From assembly GCA_964016885.1 (NCBI GenBank), contig OZ024740.1:262012001-262076000 (forward strand): DNA of 64,000 bases, written 5' to 3'. How positions within the stretch are numbered: position 1 is the stretch's first letter; each line of letters opens with the position of its first letter. This DNA is from Eledone cirrhosa (Eukaryota). A program made the position numbers and the translations under genes. The notes beneath the pieces were generated by a model. It searched no databases. It had not been told where the DNA came from and saw only the letters and a program-made list of their open reading frames with translations. This document shows positions 40,791-58,790 of the stretch, piece by piece.

Positions 40791-41219
40791 TATATATATA
40801 TGTACGTAACCATGACTGTCAATTGCCTTAAGTTGAACACGATCTAATTTATACCAAACCCATTGAGTCCACAAGCTCAGGCTTACCCAACACACAAAAA
40901 TACAATCTCAGCATAACAACCGTCTCCACCAATAAATGACATCGGTGTATGGGAGTCATAAGGCTGAAGCTGTCGTATATCGTATTACAAAGAAATAAAT
41001 ATAGAGTTACATAGAAATTCATTCAAACACACTTACTATATAAATACACAAGTGTACTGCATCCATAGCCCCATACACATACATACAAGCATACATACAT
41101 ACATACATACATACATACATACATACATACATACATACATACATACATACATACTTACATGCTGGCATACATGAATACATATATAAACACATACAAGGAT
41201 ACAAACTTTCCTCCATATA

Positions 41220-41277
<58 letters not shown>

Positions 41278-41708
41278 TTTACACGTAGATACGTAAATAT
41301 GGCATACATAAATAGATACGTATAGGTACACATATACATACATAAATACGTATATAGAGAGACATATGTGCATACATACAGACATATATACATACACAAA
41401 CACATGTATATATACATATATACGTATATACGTACACATATACATACATAAATATCTAAACACATAGATATGTAAATTCGTACATATATATTAAAGTTTG
41501 GAGGCATAATCGTTCTGAAATTCTAGTAATTTTGTTTGAAATCTTTATTGCTAAAAGTGGCCTCTACTACGTCAATGAAATTTCATAGCTAACAGCTAAA
41601 TAAACGGCATTTTATGTAAGAAACATTTTTATTGCACAAAACTATGGCGACAAAAACGGCATTCAGCTAAAGTTTCATACGTTATATTTTTTTATATATT
41701 TGAATCCT

Positions 41709-41742
<34 letters not shown>

Positions 41743-41940
41743 TGTATGTATGTATGTATGTATGTATGTATGTATGTATGTATGTATGTATGTATGTATG
41801 TGTGTATGTATGTATTTATGTATTTAAATATATATTTATATAGATAGAAACATAGACACATATATATTTATAAACATGCAACAAACATACACACATAAAC
41901 ACACTTACATATAATCATAATATATATATGCATATATGCA

Positions 41941-42010
<70 letters not shown>

Positions 42011-42062
42011 TATACATATATTTATATATATAATTATATACATATATATATATATTTACACA

Positions 42063-42164
<102 letters not shown>

Positions 42165-42533
42165 CACACATACACCCACACACTCACACACACGCGCATA
42201 TATATATGTGTGTTGTGTGTGTGTATCATAATATCGATGCCAAAGAAAGGAGTGTTACAAAATTAACAATAGACCTGAAGCAAGGGTAAAATATGATTTG
42301 CTCTAAACATTTCTAACTGAAATACTAAAATATCCCGCTGGAGAAAGAAAAGACTTGATGTATAGGAAACCGAGTGAATACATGAAGATCAAGATAAGGA
42401 AAGTAAAAATTCTTTGTTTATTTCATTTTAAAAAATCTGAGATAGAAAGACATGATGATGATTATGAAGATAGTGATGATGATGATTGTAACAATAATAT
42501 TCAAAATAAGGAACTATACACACACACACACAT

Positions 42534-42578
<45 letters not shown>

Positions 42579-42651
42579 TACAAAACATACAAACATACGT
42601 ACATATATATATATATATATATGAGACATATGTATGTATGCAAGTATGTAT

Positions 42652-42723
<72 letters not shown>

Positions 42724-42814
42724 ATACATACATGCATACATACATATGTCTCAGAGATATGCTATGAAAAGAGGGAAGAAAATATAAAGAACAGAACAGA
42801 GATGATGCAAAATA

Positions 42815-42879
<65 letters not shown>

Positions 42880-43818
42880 CAACAACAACAACAAAGTCTG
42901 TAGCAATAATAGAAATAACAACAACTTCGATAAGTAGGATATCTCACGGAAAATTACAAAGAAAAGGAATATAATAAAGAGAAAGGGGAAAATCTTAGGC
43001 AATTTAATGATAAAAGTGAAATACGTAAAATAAGATAGAGATAAACATATTTAAAGAAAAGTTTTTTCCCTCCCTTTGGGTAAACATAACAACTGCTCAA
43101 ATATAGAATCCAATTAAGATAATATGTCCTGAAAAAATAAAAGGAAAGAAACTTATACGTATGTTCATGCACTAGAATGTTCGGTGAAAACTAATCAGAA
43201 GACGGCGAACATTTTTGTCAACTCTGTATGTATGACGAACAATACATCCCCACATACACATGCACACACACAGACACACACACAGACACACACACAGACA
43301 CACACACACAAACACACACACACACACTCACACACACACATGTATATATATATATATGCATATGTATATATATATATGTATATATATATGTATATATACG
43401 TATATATATGTATATATACATGTATATATATATATATATACATACACACACACATACATATGTATACATTTATATATACATATATATGAAACTGCATACA
43501 TACATACATACACCGACAATAATATATGTAAATATTTATATTTTTTAAAATTCAAATGCTCGTTTCATATATTTATATGTATGCATATATCTTTATATGT
43601 GTGTAGGGACAGAGAGAGAGAGAGAGAGAGATAGAGAGAGAGGGGGAGTGAGAGAGAGTGATGGGGAGAGGGGGAGATAGAGATAGAGAGGGGGAGATAT
43701 CCAGATAGAGAAGGAGAAAAAGATTTCGACTATCGCTATTTTTTGTCTATACCGTATGTTACATAAATTCAAACAATATGGTAGATATTCTACTTCAATT
43801 GTACCATCTTCTGTATAA

Positions 43819-43877
<59 letters not shown>

Positions 43878-43908
43878 CACTACCACTACCACTACTACTA
43901 CTACCAAT

Positions 43909-44257
43909 AATAAGGATTTCTTACATTGTCACAAGGCCAATAATTTTTTTTGGGGGGGTGGGGGGGTCGATTAAATCGACTCCAGTGCATTAATGGTACT
44001 TTATTTTATCGACCTTGTAAGGATGAAAGGGAAAGTTAACCTTGGCGAAATTTGATCGTAAAGAGCCATAACTTTATGCTGCCAAGTATGGTGTCTGACG
44101 CTCTACCGATACTGCTGCCAATCCAACGCGCTTCTTTCACTAAATAATTGTTTCTACTTTTGGCACAAGGCCAGCAAATATCCAGTGTATTACTGGTACT
44201 TTATTTTATCGACTCCGTAAGGATGAAAGGCAAAGTTAACCTCGGCGGGATTTGAAC
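43909..44257 (-). mobile_element. Two tandem SINE copies
   Basis: Family match at 43909-44132 and 44145-44257. Confidence 0.8.
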
Positions 44258-45091
44258 ACTAAATAATGAAGGTATATAACAGATTATTAGATCACCTCTT
44301 CTTCCATACATTTACAATGAAATAAACACAAAAACTCAAGTTTATGTTTAAGTAAACACATAAACTGTTCAAATTGCCTGAGCACAAAATACAGAAAATA
44401 CAACAAAAATAAAAGATTCTGTCATTAAATCAATGTCCACACATATGCAGGTAAGAAAGCAGGTGATTCAATTAACCGATATAATTGAGTAGCACTATTG
44501 AATCGACACCAATGCGAACAAAGCGATAAAGCCTGCTATTATAAAAAGCAAAGATACTTAAATTCTGAAACATTTAACATGTAACTGCCAATCCTTCTGT
44601 TGTGGGACCCCTTCCTGGATGACCTCCACCACTTTCTGTTTGCTTTTGTCAGATGTGTAGCCATAATCACCACGCTAGACTATTTTTAGGTTGATAAGGT
44701 TATTTAATCCATAGTTGGGGTGGATGACCATTGAATCTGACAACTTGCAGGCTTCATTCTTGTAGATAGACATCGTCATCCCGATCACAGTAAAGATGTG
44801 TTTCGGAGACCATGGATGCCGATTGTTTCCTCCACTAAATCCACTTTATTCAATGCAGTATACAGCAGCAAGGCTATATATAGAATGAATTACTTTATGT
44901 TTATTCATTTAAAATCTATTGCATGTAAGTATGTAGGTACCCATGGCTCCCGATGTGGTCGTAGGGGGCACCGTAATGTCATACATTTCTTCGGCATTTT
45001 TAAAACTTGGCGTAACCTATCAGCTCTCCAGGTCTGAACACAGCCTATTTTCTCCAGAGAAAGAGATAGATAGATAGGCAGATAGATAGAA

Positions 45092-45154
<63 letters not shown>

Positions 45155-45611
45155 TGGGGGGGGGGGTGAATTTGAGAGAAAGAGATATAGAGGAGAAACG
45201 ATCCCCCCAGGAATGATGAAATGCAAAGTTGACCTCAAATGGATTTGTACTCAGGAAGCACAGAGCCAGAATACAGCAATACATTCTATCCGATACTCTA
45301 AATATTCTACCAATACACCGCCCTCATTTGATTAATAAACACACAGTAATAATATTTTTTGCTTTAGGCACAATACCACAATTAATAATGGAAACATCCG
45401 AAAACTTGTTAAACACAAGTCATAATACACTTATTAGCCAAAATGTCATTTAATTATTGGAGATCACTAACGTTCTTCCAATATTTGTGATAATTTAAAG
45501 GTGTATTATTCTATAAGCTTAGCAGATTCTAATTAGTGTGACATGCAATTTTCTACGAAAACGAGTTAAGTTTAATATATATAATGCATACATGCGTACA
45601 TATATTCAATG

Positions 45612-45941
<330 letters not shown>

Positions 45942-45943
45942 AT

Positions 45944-46028
<85 letters not shown>

Positions 46029-46347
46029 AACGCGCACACACAGGAGCGCACACAATGGTGTGTATATTCTTGTATGTGTGTTTGAATATATGTATGTATG
46101 TAAGTATTGACGAATGGATGGTATTATAAATGCATGTATGTATATATATATATGTATGTATGCATGTAAGTATGTATGTATGTATGTAGGTACGTGTGTG
46201 GGTGTATATTTTCACAAAATGACAAGAAGCTTGCAAGTAAATACAAATATAAAAGTTTCCCTTCTTTTGTAGACATGTTTATGTGGTGTGAGAGTATGCA
46301 TCTATCTGTAACTATATGTATCATACATATGCAGATACATAGGGAAT

Positions 46348-46416
<69 letters not shown>

Positions 46417-46422
46417 CACACA

Positions 46423-46463
<41 letters not shown>

Positions 46464-46739
46464 ATATATATATACATATACATACATACACACACACACA
46501 TATATATATATATGTATATATATATATGCAAACCAACTAGTCCACACCCCTATATATATATGTGTGTCCGTGATGTGTGTGTGTATGTGTGTGCGTGATG
46601 TGTGTTTACGTGTGTATGTAAGTATGTATAACACTCATTAACACGTACCATAAACGTATTAGCTTGAATGCGTATCTAAATTAAATGAAAGATTACAACA
46701 TTGCATGTCTCGTTAATTGACCTTTACCAAAATATATAT

Positions 46740-47164
<425 letters not shown>

Positions 47165-47293
47165 ATATACAATGAGTATACAAAACATATACAATATATA
47201 TGTACAATGTATATACAATAGATATACACCATATATACAATATATATAGAATATATATGTGGACAATATATATATATATATATACAATATTTA

Positions 47294-47348
<55 letters not shown>

Positions 47349-47603
47349 ATGTGTGTGTATATATTCAATATATATATAATATATATTATCTTAAAACCTA
47401 TAAGGGGCAAAATTGATCCGCAAAATTTTTAAATAACATCAATTTAGTAATAAATAGATTAATCTTCTCATTTCCCTCCTAATCTATTATTAGCATGACA
47501 TATTCTAAGTTAGTAAATATTTATTAGAAGTTATATATTTATTAGAAGTAAATATTTATTAGAAATATTTATTAGAAGTTCTTGGAAATAACATTTCATC
47601 AAA

Positions 47604-47792
47604 TAATTGTTTCTACTTTAGGCACAAGGCCAGCAATTACCCAGTGCATTACTGGTACTTTATTTTATCGACCCCGTAAGGATGAAAGGCAAAGTCAACC
47701 TCGGCGGGATTTGAACTCAGATCGTAAAGGGACGTAACTATGCTGGAAAGCATGGCGTCCGACCCTCTACCGATACTGCCAATCCACCGCCC
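47604..47792 (-). mobile_element. SINE, consensus-like (young) copy
   Basis: Family match; catcaaat flanking repeat. Confidence 0.9.
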
Positions 47793-48644
47793 ATCAAATG
47801 ATGGTAAACCTTTTCACCTTGGAAACAATTATCTGGTTGTAAGGGTTTGGAGAAAGGGCAAAGGCTAGTTACTATCGCCGTAAAACCAGTTTTTACGAAT
47901 AGATAGAACACGTTAGCCTTAGGTGGCTGTCTGTGTTGGAGATGGGTCACACTGATTTTAAAACCAGAATAGAAGGAAATCCTTAATCAGAATCATGACA
48001 ATCCACATATATGCGGGAACTCAGGGTGTGCAGTAAATTCACTGAGGGTAATGAACCCAAATCGGTTGTTGCGGTATTTTTCTAAAGGCGAGGAAACTCT
48101 GAAGTTAAACTAGCAATTGACGTGATTTCTGTTAATCTTGCTTAGGCTTGTCATCAGATATTAATCCCTGAGACTTAGAGGGTGCTACACGTGTTGTACA
48201 AAGGTTTGTCACTATAATTCAATGGCATACAGGTGTGTTCTTTTGAAATATTCTCATTTGTCATTCTCTAGCACCAGTCAATGAAGGCCATAGCTATTAA
48301 ATCTTAGCATCATATAGACATTGGCTTTATTGCTGCAGCTATCGGGCTGTCTCGCGATTTTGAAGCAATGAAATACCACTATTTCCGTAGTTTCGTCACA
48401 TCAGGATGTGCAGTATAGGCGGAAGCAGTCATATTTCCCCAGCCATCAGCGGTGATGTGGTCTATGTTGGGAGTTATCAATACTTGGGGAGGATGGCTTT
48501 GTATTGGCTTTTGTTGCTGGATTAAGAGGTCACGCCCGTGCACATTGGAGAGTGTAGAGTGGTATGAATGATTGAGATGGTGTTGAAACGGCTATCATCT
48601 GCCAAGATGAAGCAATCCTTATGTATGTATGTGTTTCTATGTAT

Positions 48645-50537
48645 GTTACATCTCGTTTTATAATTTCACAGATTTTCGACAATAGAGAGAGAGTCGGTTT
48701 CTAACATAGACACAAGACTCTCTCATGGGAATTTACACAACATCAACTAGGTAGATATGTGTGCGTGTCTGCATGCATTCATGTGTATGCAGGTATGGAT
48801 GTTATTGTATGTGTGGATGTGTATGTTTTGAGTTGTATGTGTGCATGTGTATATGTTTTGTATCTGAACATGTGTATATGCAGTTATTAGTCAGAATATT
48901 TGGAATGTTTTACATATTTGTACTGTTTCATTAATGGATTGTACTTGTAATTTCCTAACTAGTCGTGTTCTTTCTGTTTCTGTGAAGCCTAGCTTCTCAA
49001 GATTTGTACTGAGGCAGTTACTAACCCCAATAATCACAGGCATAAATCTGAAGGTGTAATCAGAGTGGAGTATCTGCAGATTTCTCATCAGTTCTGCATA
49101 AATATTCTCCTTTTAGCTAATCTTTGATATTATATTGGCATCTGCTGGGCAACTGACTTCCACTACTGTGCACGCCTTCTTTCCCCTGTCCCATATCCTC
49201 ATATCTGGTCTGTTATGCCTCCATTTTATTGGGGCCTTTACTGGAACATTCCACCAGTACTCTTTCATATTATGTATATGTATGTCTTCCACATTGTTGT
49301 AGCTTTTAATGTGTTAATTATCGGGGCTATCTTTTCTACGGATTGATTGTACAGTGTTTTGCCTCATACGTAGATAGTACCGCGATGACGTCTTTGGACA
49401 GCTGTTTATGACATGGGTGACATATTCGATGTTAATTCTGCAGAGTCTGCACTTATTGTCACATCTAGGTGTTTTGCCTGCATCCCTATCTCTTTTGTGA
49501 ATCAGGTATTTTGTGCTGATTTCCTGTTCTTGGATTGCAAAATCGTATCCTTCAACGTGGGAGCCAATATAGCGGTTGTTGGTCCAAGATAAACTACTTT
49601 GTTTATATTTTTCTCACTCTGGAGCTTCCTGGCATCATATCCATGCATGATTTTTTGCTGATAAGCATGCAGTTTTTCACCCATGGATTCACTGCGGTAC
49701 TGCTGGGCAACTTCCCTGGGTGTGAGTTTATGGTTATCATGCAGGGAATATCTTTCAAGGAGCTCCTTCCCAACTCTCATGATCTTATCTGCAGATAGAG
49801 GGGCTCCTACGCTTTGGGGTTCGTAAATGTTGCCGGAGGGATATGATGTATGTATGTATGTATGTATGTATGTATGTATGTATGTATGTATGTATGTATG
49901 ATCCGACATTCAAATGCTGTCTGGACTGATGTTAGGCCTCTGTTTACGTTTCAAGTAGAGGCGGTCTATGTTACTGTTAATGTGGAAGTTTCCGGTGCTT
50001 AATGTGGAAGTTTCCGGTGTTTAGGATTTTTGAGGTTTTAACATCAATTGATCGGATTTCGTCTATCGTCCAATTGAGTATTCCAAACTTTGGTGTTAGG
50101 AGAGGCACAGCAAACACATTGTGAGCCACTGTTTTATTGTGCGCAGAGATTTCCGATGACCATATCTTTCTTAATCGGGTGTAATATTCCCTGGTTACGC
50201 GTTCCTTATTACAAATACCATTACAGGATATGTTCTCATCTATCCCCAGGTATCTGTAGCATTCCTCATCAGATATCGGTGAAACAGTTAAGCCATTGAT
50301 GAAGATGTTGCTAGATTGGGTTGTAGTTTTTCCCCGCTTTGCACTCATATATGAACATTTATCTTGGCCAAACTACATTCCTATATCCTTTGAGAATGTT
50401 GTAACCAGGTCAAGATTTTTCTTCATTCCATCTATGTTCTTGGTATAGAGTTTCAAATCATCCACAAAGAAATTATCGGTTAGTTTCGTATTTCTCTCTC
50501 CCTTCTGTGAGCCAATGATGTATCCTTCACATTTCTT
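48645..50537 (-). mobile_element. R4/Dong-like non-LTR retrotransposon (RT C-terminal part, zinc knuckle, RLE), 5'-truncated and decayed
   Basis: FFVDDLKLY, YRYLGI, CRLCRIN..HV..SC and RPD motifs; interrupted by (TATG)n at 49845-49900. Confidence 0.85.
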
Positions 50538-50571
50538 GTATGTATGTATGTATGTATGTATGTATGTATGT

Positions 50572-52430
<1,859 letters not shown>

Positions 52431-52454
52431 TGAGACTGCCCTATATATATGTAA

Positions 52455-52730
52455 TGAATCAGAATATGTTATGTAACAGCCAAGTACGTGGTGATGGGGA
52501 AGGAACAATTAATCACATTGTCCATTGTTGCCAGTCTTATCAAACAAAGAATATATCTACAAACATCTCAGTATTCGGTCTTTATTACATTTGCTGCAAC
52601 AATAGAATTATGAAATTCTTACAAAATAGAGGTCGAATAAGTATATACCAGAAAAAGGCATCAGAGAATAAAAGAAGCTACGATATTCTGGAATATGGCA
52701 TATTAGATAGACACGGAGATCAAGGATAAT
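52455..52730 (+). mobile_element. Old R4/Dong-like fragment
   Basis: TINHIVHCC and ILWN..Y.DTEI-like segments preceding the RLE; degenerate. Confidence 0.4.
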
Positions 52731-52744
52731 TGACGAGATGTTGT

Positions 52745-53113
52745 TGAGGTGAATTGGCAGTATCGGTAGAGGGTTGGACGCCATGTTTTCTAGCATAGTT
52801 ACGTCCCTTTTCGGTCTGAGTTCAAATCCCGCCGAGGTTAACTTTGCCTTTCATCCTTAAGGGATCGATAAAATAAAGTACTAGTAATGTACTGGGTAAT
52901 TGCTGGCCTTGTGCCTAAAGTAGAAACAATTATTATCGGTGGATTGGCAGTATCGGTAGAGCGTCGGACGCCATAGAGTTACGGCCCTTGCCATTCTGAG
53001 TTAAAATCCCGCCGAGTTTAACTTTGCCTTTCATCCTTACAGGGTCGATAAAATAAAGTACCAGTAATACACTGGGATAATTGTTGGCCTTGTGCCAAAA
53101 GTAGAAACAGTTA
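52745..53113 (+). mobile_element. Two tandem SINE copies
   Basis: Family match at 52745-52933 and 52937-53113. Confidence 0.88.
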
Positions 53114-53839
53114 TTATGTAGAAGAAATCCTTCCTAGTCTACGTAACAGTCCCAACACACGATAATTGATCTTTAAATGAAATGGAAAGATTATTGAAAG
53201 TATGAAGTTCTGGAAATATATTTCACAAATACATAACACAAGCTATAGCACTTACAAATATGCACAATATACAACATGTCGCACAACTGGAATTGCGCAC
53301 ATATTGCGTTGAAATCTTTTAATTCAATATAAAATAGAAAGTATATAGTATATGCATATGTCGAAGGATCCAAGTCATGCGCTCAGTAATGTGGTGAAAA
53401 CGAGCAATAATAATAATCATGATACTGAAGGAAGCAATATTAATACATTTCTCCTATATTAACAAAATAATAATAATTCATATAAAACTAGCTATCGGGG
53501 AAAAAAAGTTATAGCAGTGTAATGAGCTTCTTTAAACACTCGGTTTTGTGTATTTTTATTTTTGCTCCACAAATGAATTGTCAGTGTTATAGAAACAATA
53601 ACTTTGACATGAGATGTCTACAAAGAAGAACATAGAATATCATATTTCGGTTCCACTGATGAATTTTTCATTCGATTATTTCCAAGTGATAAACTAACAA
53701 ATATTATAAACTGGAGTGGGAAATATATGTATTACAACAGTGAAATATATCAGTACAGAAAATACGAAGTAATTATACTGAAAGTTGACATATACACGGA
53801 TAATGGAATACAATGAGAGAGAAATAGGGAAAGAGAGAA

Positions 53840-53890
<51 letters not shown>

Positions 53891-53973
53891 TAAAGAGAAA
53901 TAGAGACATGCATATATGTATGTACACACACATACACACTTACATACTCATACACACAAATGTGTGTGTGTGT

Positions 53974-54027
<54 letters not shown>

Positions 54028-54453
54028 ATGTATGTATTTATGTATCTACTCTGCAGGGTTTAAAAAAGTCACACTCCTAACTAAACAGGCTTCGTGGGTT
54101 GTCGGTTTCGTAAATTTCATAAAGATAATTTAAGGCTTCGCAAGAAGCTGAAGTGAATACAATGAAATATTTAATCAGTTTTAATAAGGCTGCCCATTCG
54201 CCACCTTAAAAAGGTAAAGCATCCCAATTAAAAGATAAAGGGAATAAACTGACGGCGATCTTAAAGGCGCAAATAGTAGTCACTTATTGAACCCGCACTC
54301 AATGAAAATTCTACGGAACCCATACTATCTAAAGCAATTATGTTTGAGATGATATGAAGGACATTTATCTTCTATTTCTATAAGATTAATTGACAACTTA
54401 AGATCTCCTTCATTCGGTTCAGAATAATACGCTGTGTTTTATTATTATTATTA

Positions 54454-54830
54454 GGGTGGATTGTCAGTATCCGTAGAGGGTCGGACGCCATGCTTTCCAG
54501 CATAGTTACGTCCCTTTACGATCTGAGTTCAAATCCCGCCGAGGTTGACTTTGCCTTTCATCCTTACGGGGTCGATAAAATAAAGTACCAGTAATGAACT
54601 GGTTAATTGCTGGCCTTGTGCCTAAAGTAGAAACAATTATTAGGCAGAATAAAGAAACCATTATTATTAATAAAGAAACCATTATTAGGCGATAGATTGA
54701 CAGTATTGGCAGGACGGACAACATGATTTGCAATATGGAGTTAAGGTTCTTTACATTTTGAGTTCAAATCGCGCCGAGGTTAGCATTGCCTTTCATCCTT
54801 ATGGGGTCGATAAAATAACGGATCGATTTA
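54454..54830 (+). mobile_element. SINE (54454-54640) plus older SINE (54688-54830)
   Basis: Family match. Confidence 0.82.
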
Positions 54831-55401
54831 GTCGACTTTCTGCTCCCTAAACCATTATTTGTCCGAATCTTTAATGTGCCGGTCAAAACGATCCTCAGTG
54901 TTTGTTTCAGCTCTTCAGCGAGAACGACTTCCCGGTAGAAGGATAAAAATAATTACCAGTTATGTGCTGGGGATCGGTTTAAGCGATATTCCCTTCTCAT
55001 AAAATTGCTTGTCTCGTATCTAAATTAGAAAACGTTATATTTGTATTTAAACCACCACAAAATTGATTTGGCTTAAGATAAAAGAGAGAGCAACCGTGGC
55101 CGCCCAATCTGTGTTTTTAATAACGGGGTATTTATAGTCATATTATCCAATGCGGTCTTCTCACCTTCATAAAGATTCAGTGAGAAGGAAAGGGGGATCT
55201 GGCTACTATTTTCCACCGGTAGAGAGAATTTGTTGAGTGGTGAAAATATCCGTTGAACTATACACCATTTATACAAGTTGTCAAACGAGAACATTTTTTT
55301 TTGTATCCGTTTGAATGATTAAGGTGAACTGTGTAATATATATATATATTATATTAATTACATTCATATCCTTTATATATATTTATATATATTATACATA
55401 T

Positions 55402-55596
55402 ATAACGAAGGAGGTGTGGTGAGGAGCCAAATGGACCATAACGCACCAGAGTACTCAATACTTAGAGTAGTAGAGTGGGTAATAGGAAAAGGTTTGGCCA
55501 CGACGGCAGAACTCAAGCTGTTTCGACGGCTATTCCTGGACACCAGAAATAGCCGTCGAAACGGCTCGAGCTCTGCCATCGGGGTTAAACATTTTC

Positions 55597-55597
<1 letters not shown>
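55402..55597. mobile_element. Family F copy 4
   Basis: Homologous arm plus inverted arm with almost no spacer. Confidence 0.8.
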
Positions 55598-55662
<65 letters not shown>

Positions 55663-55667
<5 letters not shown>

Positions 55668-56005
55668 GATATTAATAAATGAAAACTATATTTATAAAGC
55701 CATATGTATTTCATTATATATATCTGGATAGTCTATCCAGATGGCTTCCAAAAATAATGGTTGCATTTTAAAAGGGTACGTCAAAGCTTATTTGTAAAAC
55801 TGTTATATATTGTATTTTGTCTGATGAAGGCATACCATAATTTAATTTGGTATCCCTGAAATATGTATAATGAAATAAATGTGGTTTTATAAATATATTT
55901 TCCATTTAGTAATATCGTATATCTACTCCAAATACTTGTCGAGTGCTTTATATCAGTTATAAAAATATTTACTTGTTGTATCCCAACAATTTTAAATAGA
56001 ACTTT

Positions 56006-56010
<5 letters not shown>
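55663..56010 (+). mobile_element. Second copy of the 40327-40790 family with hammerhead at 55813-55877
   Basis: Sequence match; inverted arm internally deleted. Confidence 0.8.
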
Positions 56011-56074
<64 letters not shown>

Positions 56075-56141
56075 GTGTGTGTGTATGTGTGTGTGTGCAT
56101 GTATACATATATATACATATACATACATATATATATGTATG

Positions 56142-56187
<46 letters not shown>

Positions 56188-56214
56188 GACACACACACAC
56201 ATACACACACACAT

Positions 56215-56324
<110 letters not shown>

Positions 56325-56511
56325 ACAGCCTAAATACATTCCAAAGACGGAGATAATACTTCGAAAAATTATAATCTTATTAACAAGAGACCTTAGACAT
56401 TTGAACATTTAATACTTTTTATCTTATTAAAATTATGATACAGTTTTTTGTGTGATATCATCGAGAAATAATCTTAAAATTCAATTAAAATTACATTAAT
56501 TACATTCATAT

Positions 56512-56563
<52 letters not shown>

Positions 56564-56874
56564 TGTGTGTGTGTGTGCGTGTGTGTGTGTGTGTGCACTT
56601 ATTGTATGTATGTGAGCCTGTATAGTTTTGAGTGAGTGTGAGGTGTCAAGTGACTTGTAAGTAGAAACTAAAACCATCAAGCAAAACATAATGTGGGAGT
56701 TGAGAGGATTTATGTTACGAATGGGAGATAGACGCGTCTCAAGTAAAAAAAATGCAACAAGGAGAAGAACATATTTTTTGTGGAGGTGAGGGGAGGGGTT
56801 ATTATGGGCCTCTATATGTGAGGCACCAAGTTAATGTGTGCAGGCAAATATGCAATTTGATAGCACCACAAACT

Positions 56875-56905
<31 letters not shown>

Positions 56906-56944
56906 ATGTATGTGTGTATCTGGATGTATGTGTATGTATATATA

Positions 56945-57015
<71 letters not shown>

Positions 57016-57653
57016 ATGTGTATATATGTGTGTGTGTGTATGTATATGTATGTGTGTGTGTATGTACGTGTGTATATGTATATATATATATATATATATA
57101 TGTATATGTATATGTATATGTATGTATGTGTGGATGAAGGTATGTGTGTATATATAGGTGTAAGTGCACTAAATCCATTTCTATCACGCTCCACTCTCCT
57201 ACCCACCACAGGAAGATATGTGTATGTATATTGATTCCACCCCCTCACTGACCAGCAGCTGGCCAGTTGGTGATTGCTAAATCTGACCTTTATAAAATAA
57301 CCCACACCCCAAATAACTTCTCATTCACTACCAGAAAGGGACACAGCAGTCAACCTGTTGTTGCTACCTAGATGAAAACTGCTATGAAATCCCACAATGA
57401 ATTTTATACTTGAATTTTCAAATCTCAAATTTTAACTCTTCGTATTATTAATTTTTCTTAATATTAATCAACATTTGAAAAGATGGCTTTTGCAGACCCA
57501 TCGAAACCGGTCTTTTTTTATACCCTTTATTATTTCCTTACCTTATAAAATTATGTTTTTTCACAAAAAAGTATTCTGTCTCTTATATATTCCATGTGCC
57601 ATTACCAACCTCAATTTTCTCTATAACCTTCGTTTTGTGTAGAAAATTACACT

Positions 57654-57700
<47 letters not shown>

Positions 57701-57802
57701 TGTATATATAGTGTATTTTGCAATAAACTGTATGCTTAATTAAAAGCATTTTGAAGACCTTATGCTATTATTTTAAAGTAGTGACTATGTCACTTGCATC
57801 TT

Positions 57803-57894
57803 TTTTCAGCAAACAAAGGGAGATAAGCTGACAAGTCTCTGTTTCGTACTGTTGGTACTCCTCAGAGCTTACCACTCCCTTTGTTTGCTGAAAA
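57803..57894 (-). ncRNA. Full type I hammerhead ribozyme
   Basis: gtaagct-CTGAGGA-gtac-caaca-gtac-GAAACagagacttGTC-agcttat with extended stem I. Confidence 0.85.
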
Positions 57895-58158
57895 TTATGA
57901 ATTCTTATAGAATTCCAGTAATAATCAGGAACTGATTATACAGAGCGGTTGCCGTAAGGTCATCAAAATGCGTAAGGTCTTCAAAATGCTTTTAATTAAG
58001 CATACAGTGTATTGCAAAATACACTATATATACATTCATATATATATCGCTATTTCAGAGCACCAATTTTAATTTTCAATTTTTGCTGGACCGGCAACTG
58101 CTCTGTATAATCAGTTCCTGATTATTACTTGAATTCTATAAGAATCCAACAATCATAA

Positions 58159-58250
58159 TTTTCAGCAAACAAAGGGAGTGGTAAGCTCTGAAGAGTACCA
58201 ACAGTACGAAACAGAGATCTGTCAGCTTATCTCCATTTGTTTGCTGAAAA
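58159..58250 (+). ncRNA. Full type I hammerhead ribozyme
   Basis: gtaagct-CTGAAGA-gtac-caaca-gtac-GAAAC-aga-ga-tct-GTC-agcttat; stem I extends via ttttcagcaaacaaa/tttgtttgctgaaaa. Confidence 0.9.
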
Positions 58251-58412
58251 AATATGTAAGTGACATAGTCATCACTTTAAAACAATAGCGTAAGGTCTTC
58301 AAAATGCTTTTAATTAAGCATACATTGTATTGCAACATACACTATATATACATTCATATATATATCGCTATTTCAGAGCACCAATTCGAATATATATATA
58401 TCTACATATATA

Positions 58413-58466
<54 letters not shown>

Positions 58467-58790
58467 TTTCTTTATTAACCACAAGGGTTTACATAAAGTA
58501 GACATTAAGGACAGTGCAGGACAATGCAGGACGGTACAAATGGGCATTTCTGCGTGTAAAAAAACAAAAACAGAGGATGTAACAAAAATAACAATGAAAA
58601 TAACAATGAAAAATTCCCCAATAGGGGGGAGACTTCGGAGGGACATTTGTGGAGAAAGCCCAGTAAAAAGCCACAATGACCCTGACCACCAAGGCAAGTG
58701 CCCTCTCCCAGTTTTCCACCTTTAATTTACAGATATATACTCAGAGTAGGCCCATTCACTCGGGCCATTCTTGCTTCTCTCACCCATCTT

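Larger units (their letters stand above)
57697..58390. mobile_element. pLTR element: inverted arms (57697-57955 / 58095-58360) plus direct repeat (57967-58068 / 58287-58385)
   Basis: Direct observation; hammerheads in both arms. Confidence 0.85.

Noticed and set aside
44580-44875. Coding-like island on the minus strand (possible exon)
   Set aside because: Stops in the frames examined and no recognisable family; possibly a decayed TE
47800-48620. Possible decayed LINE endonuclease region
   Set aside because: Too degenerate to assign without a search
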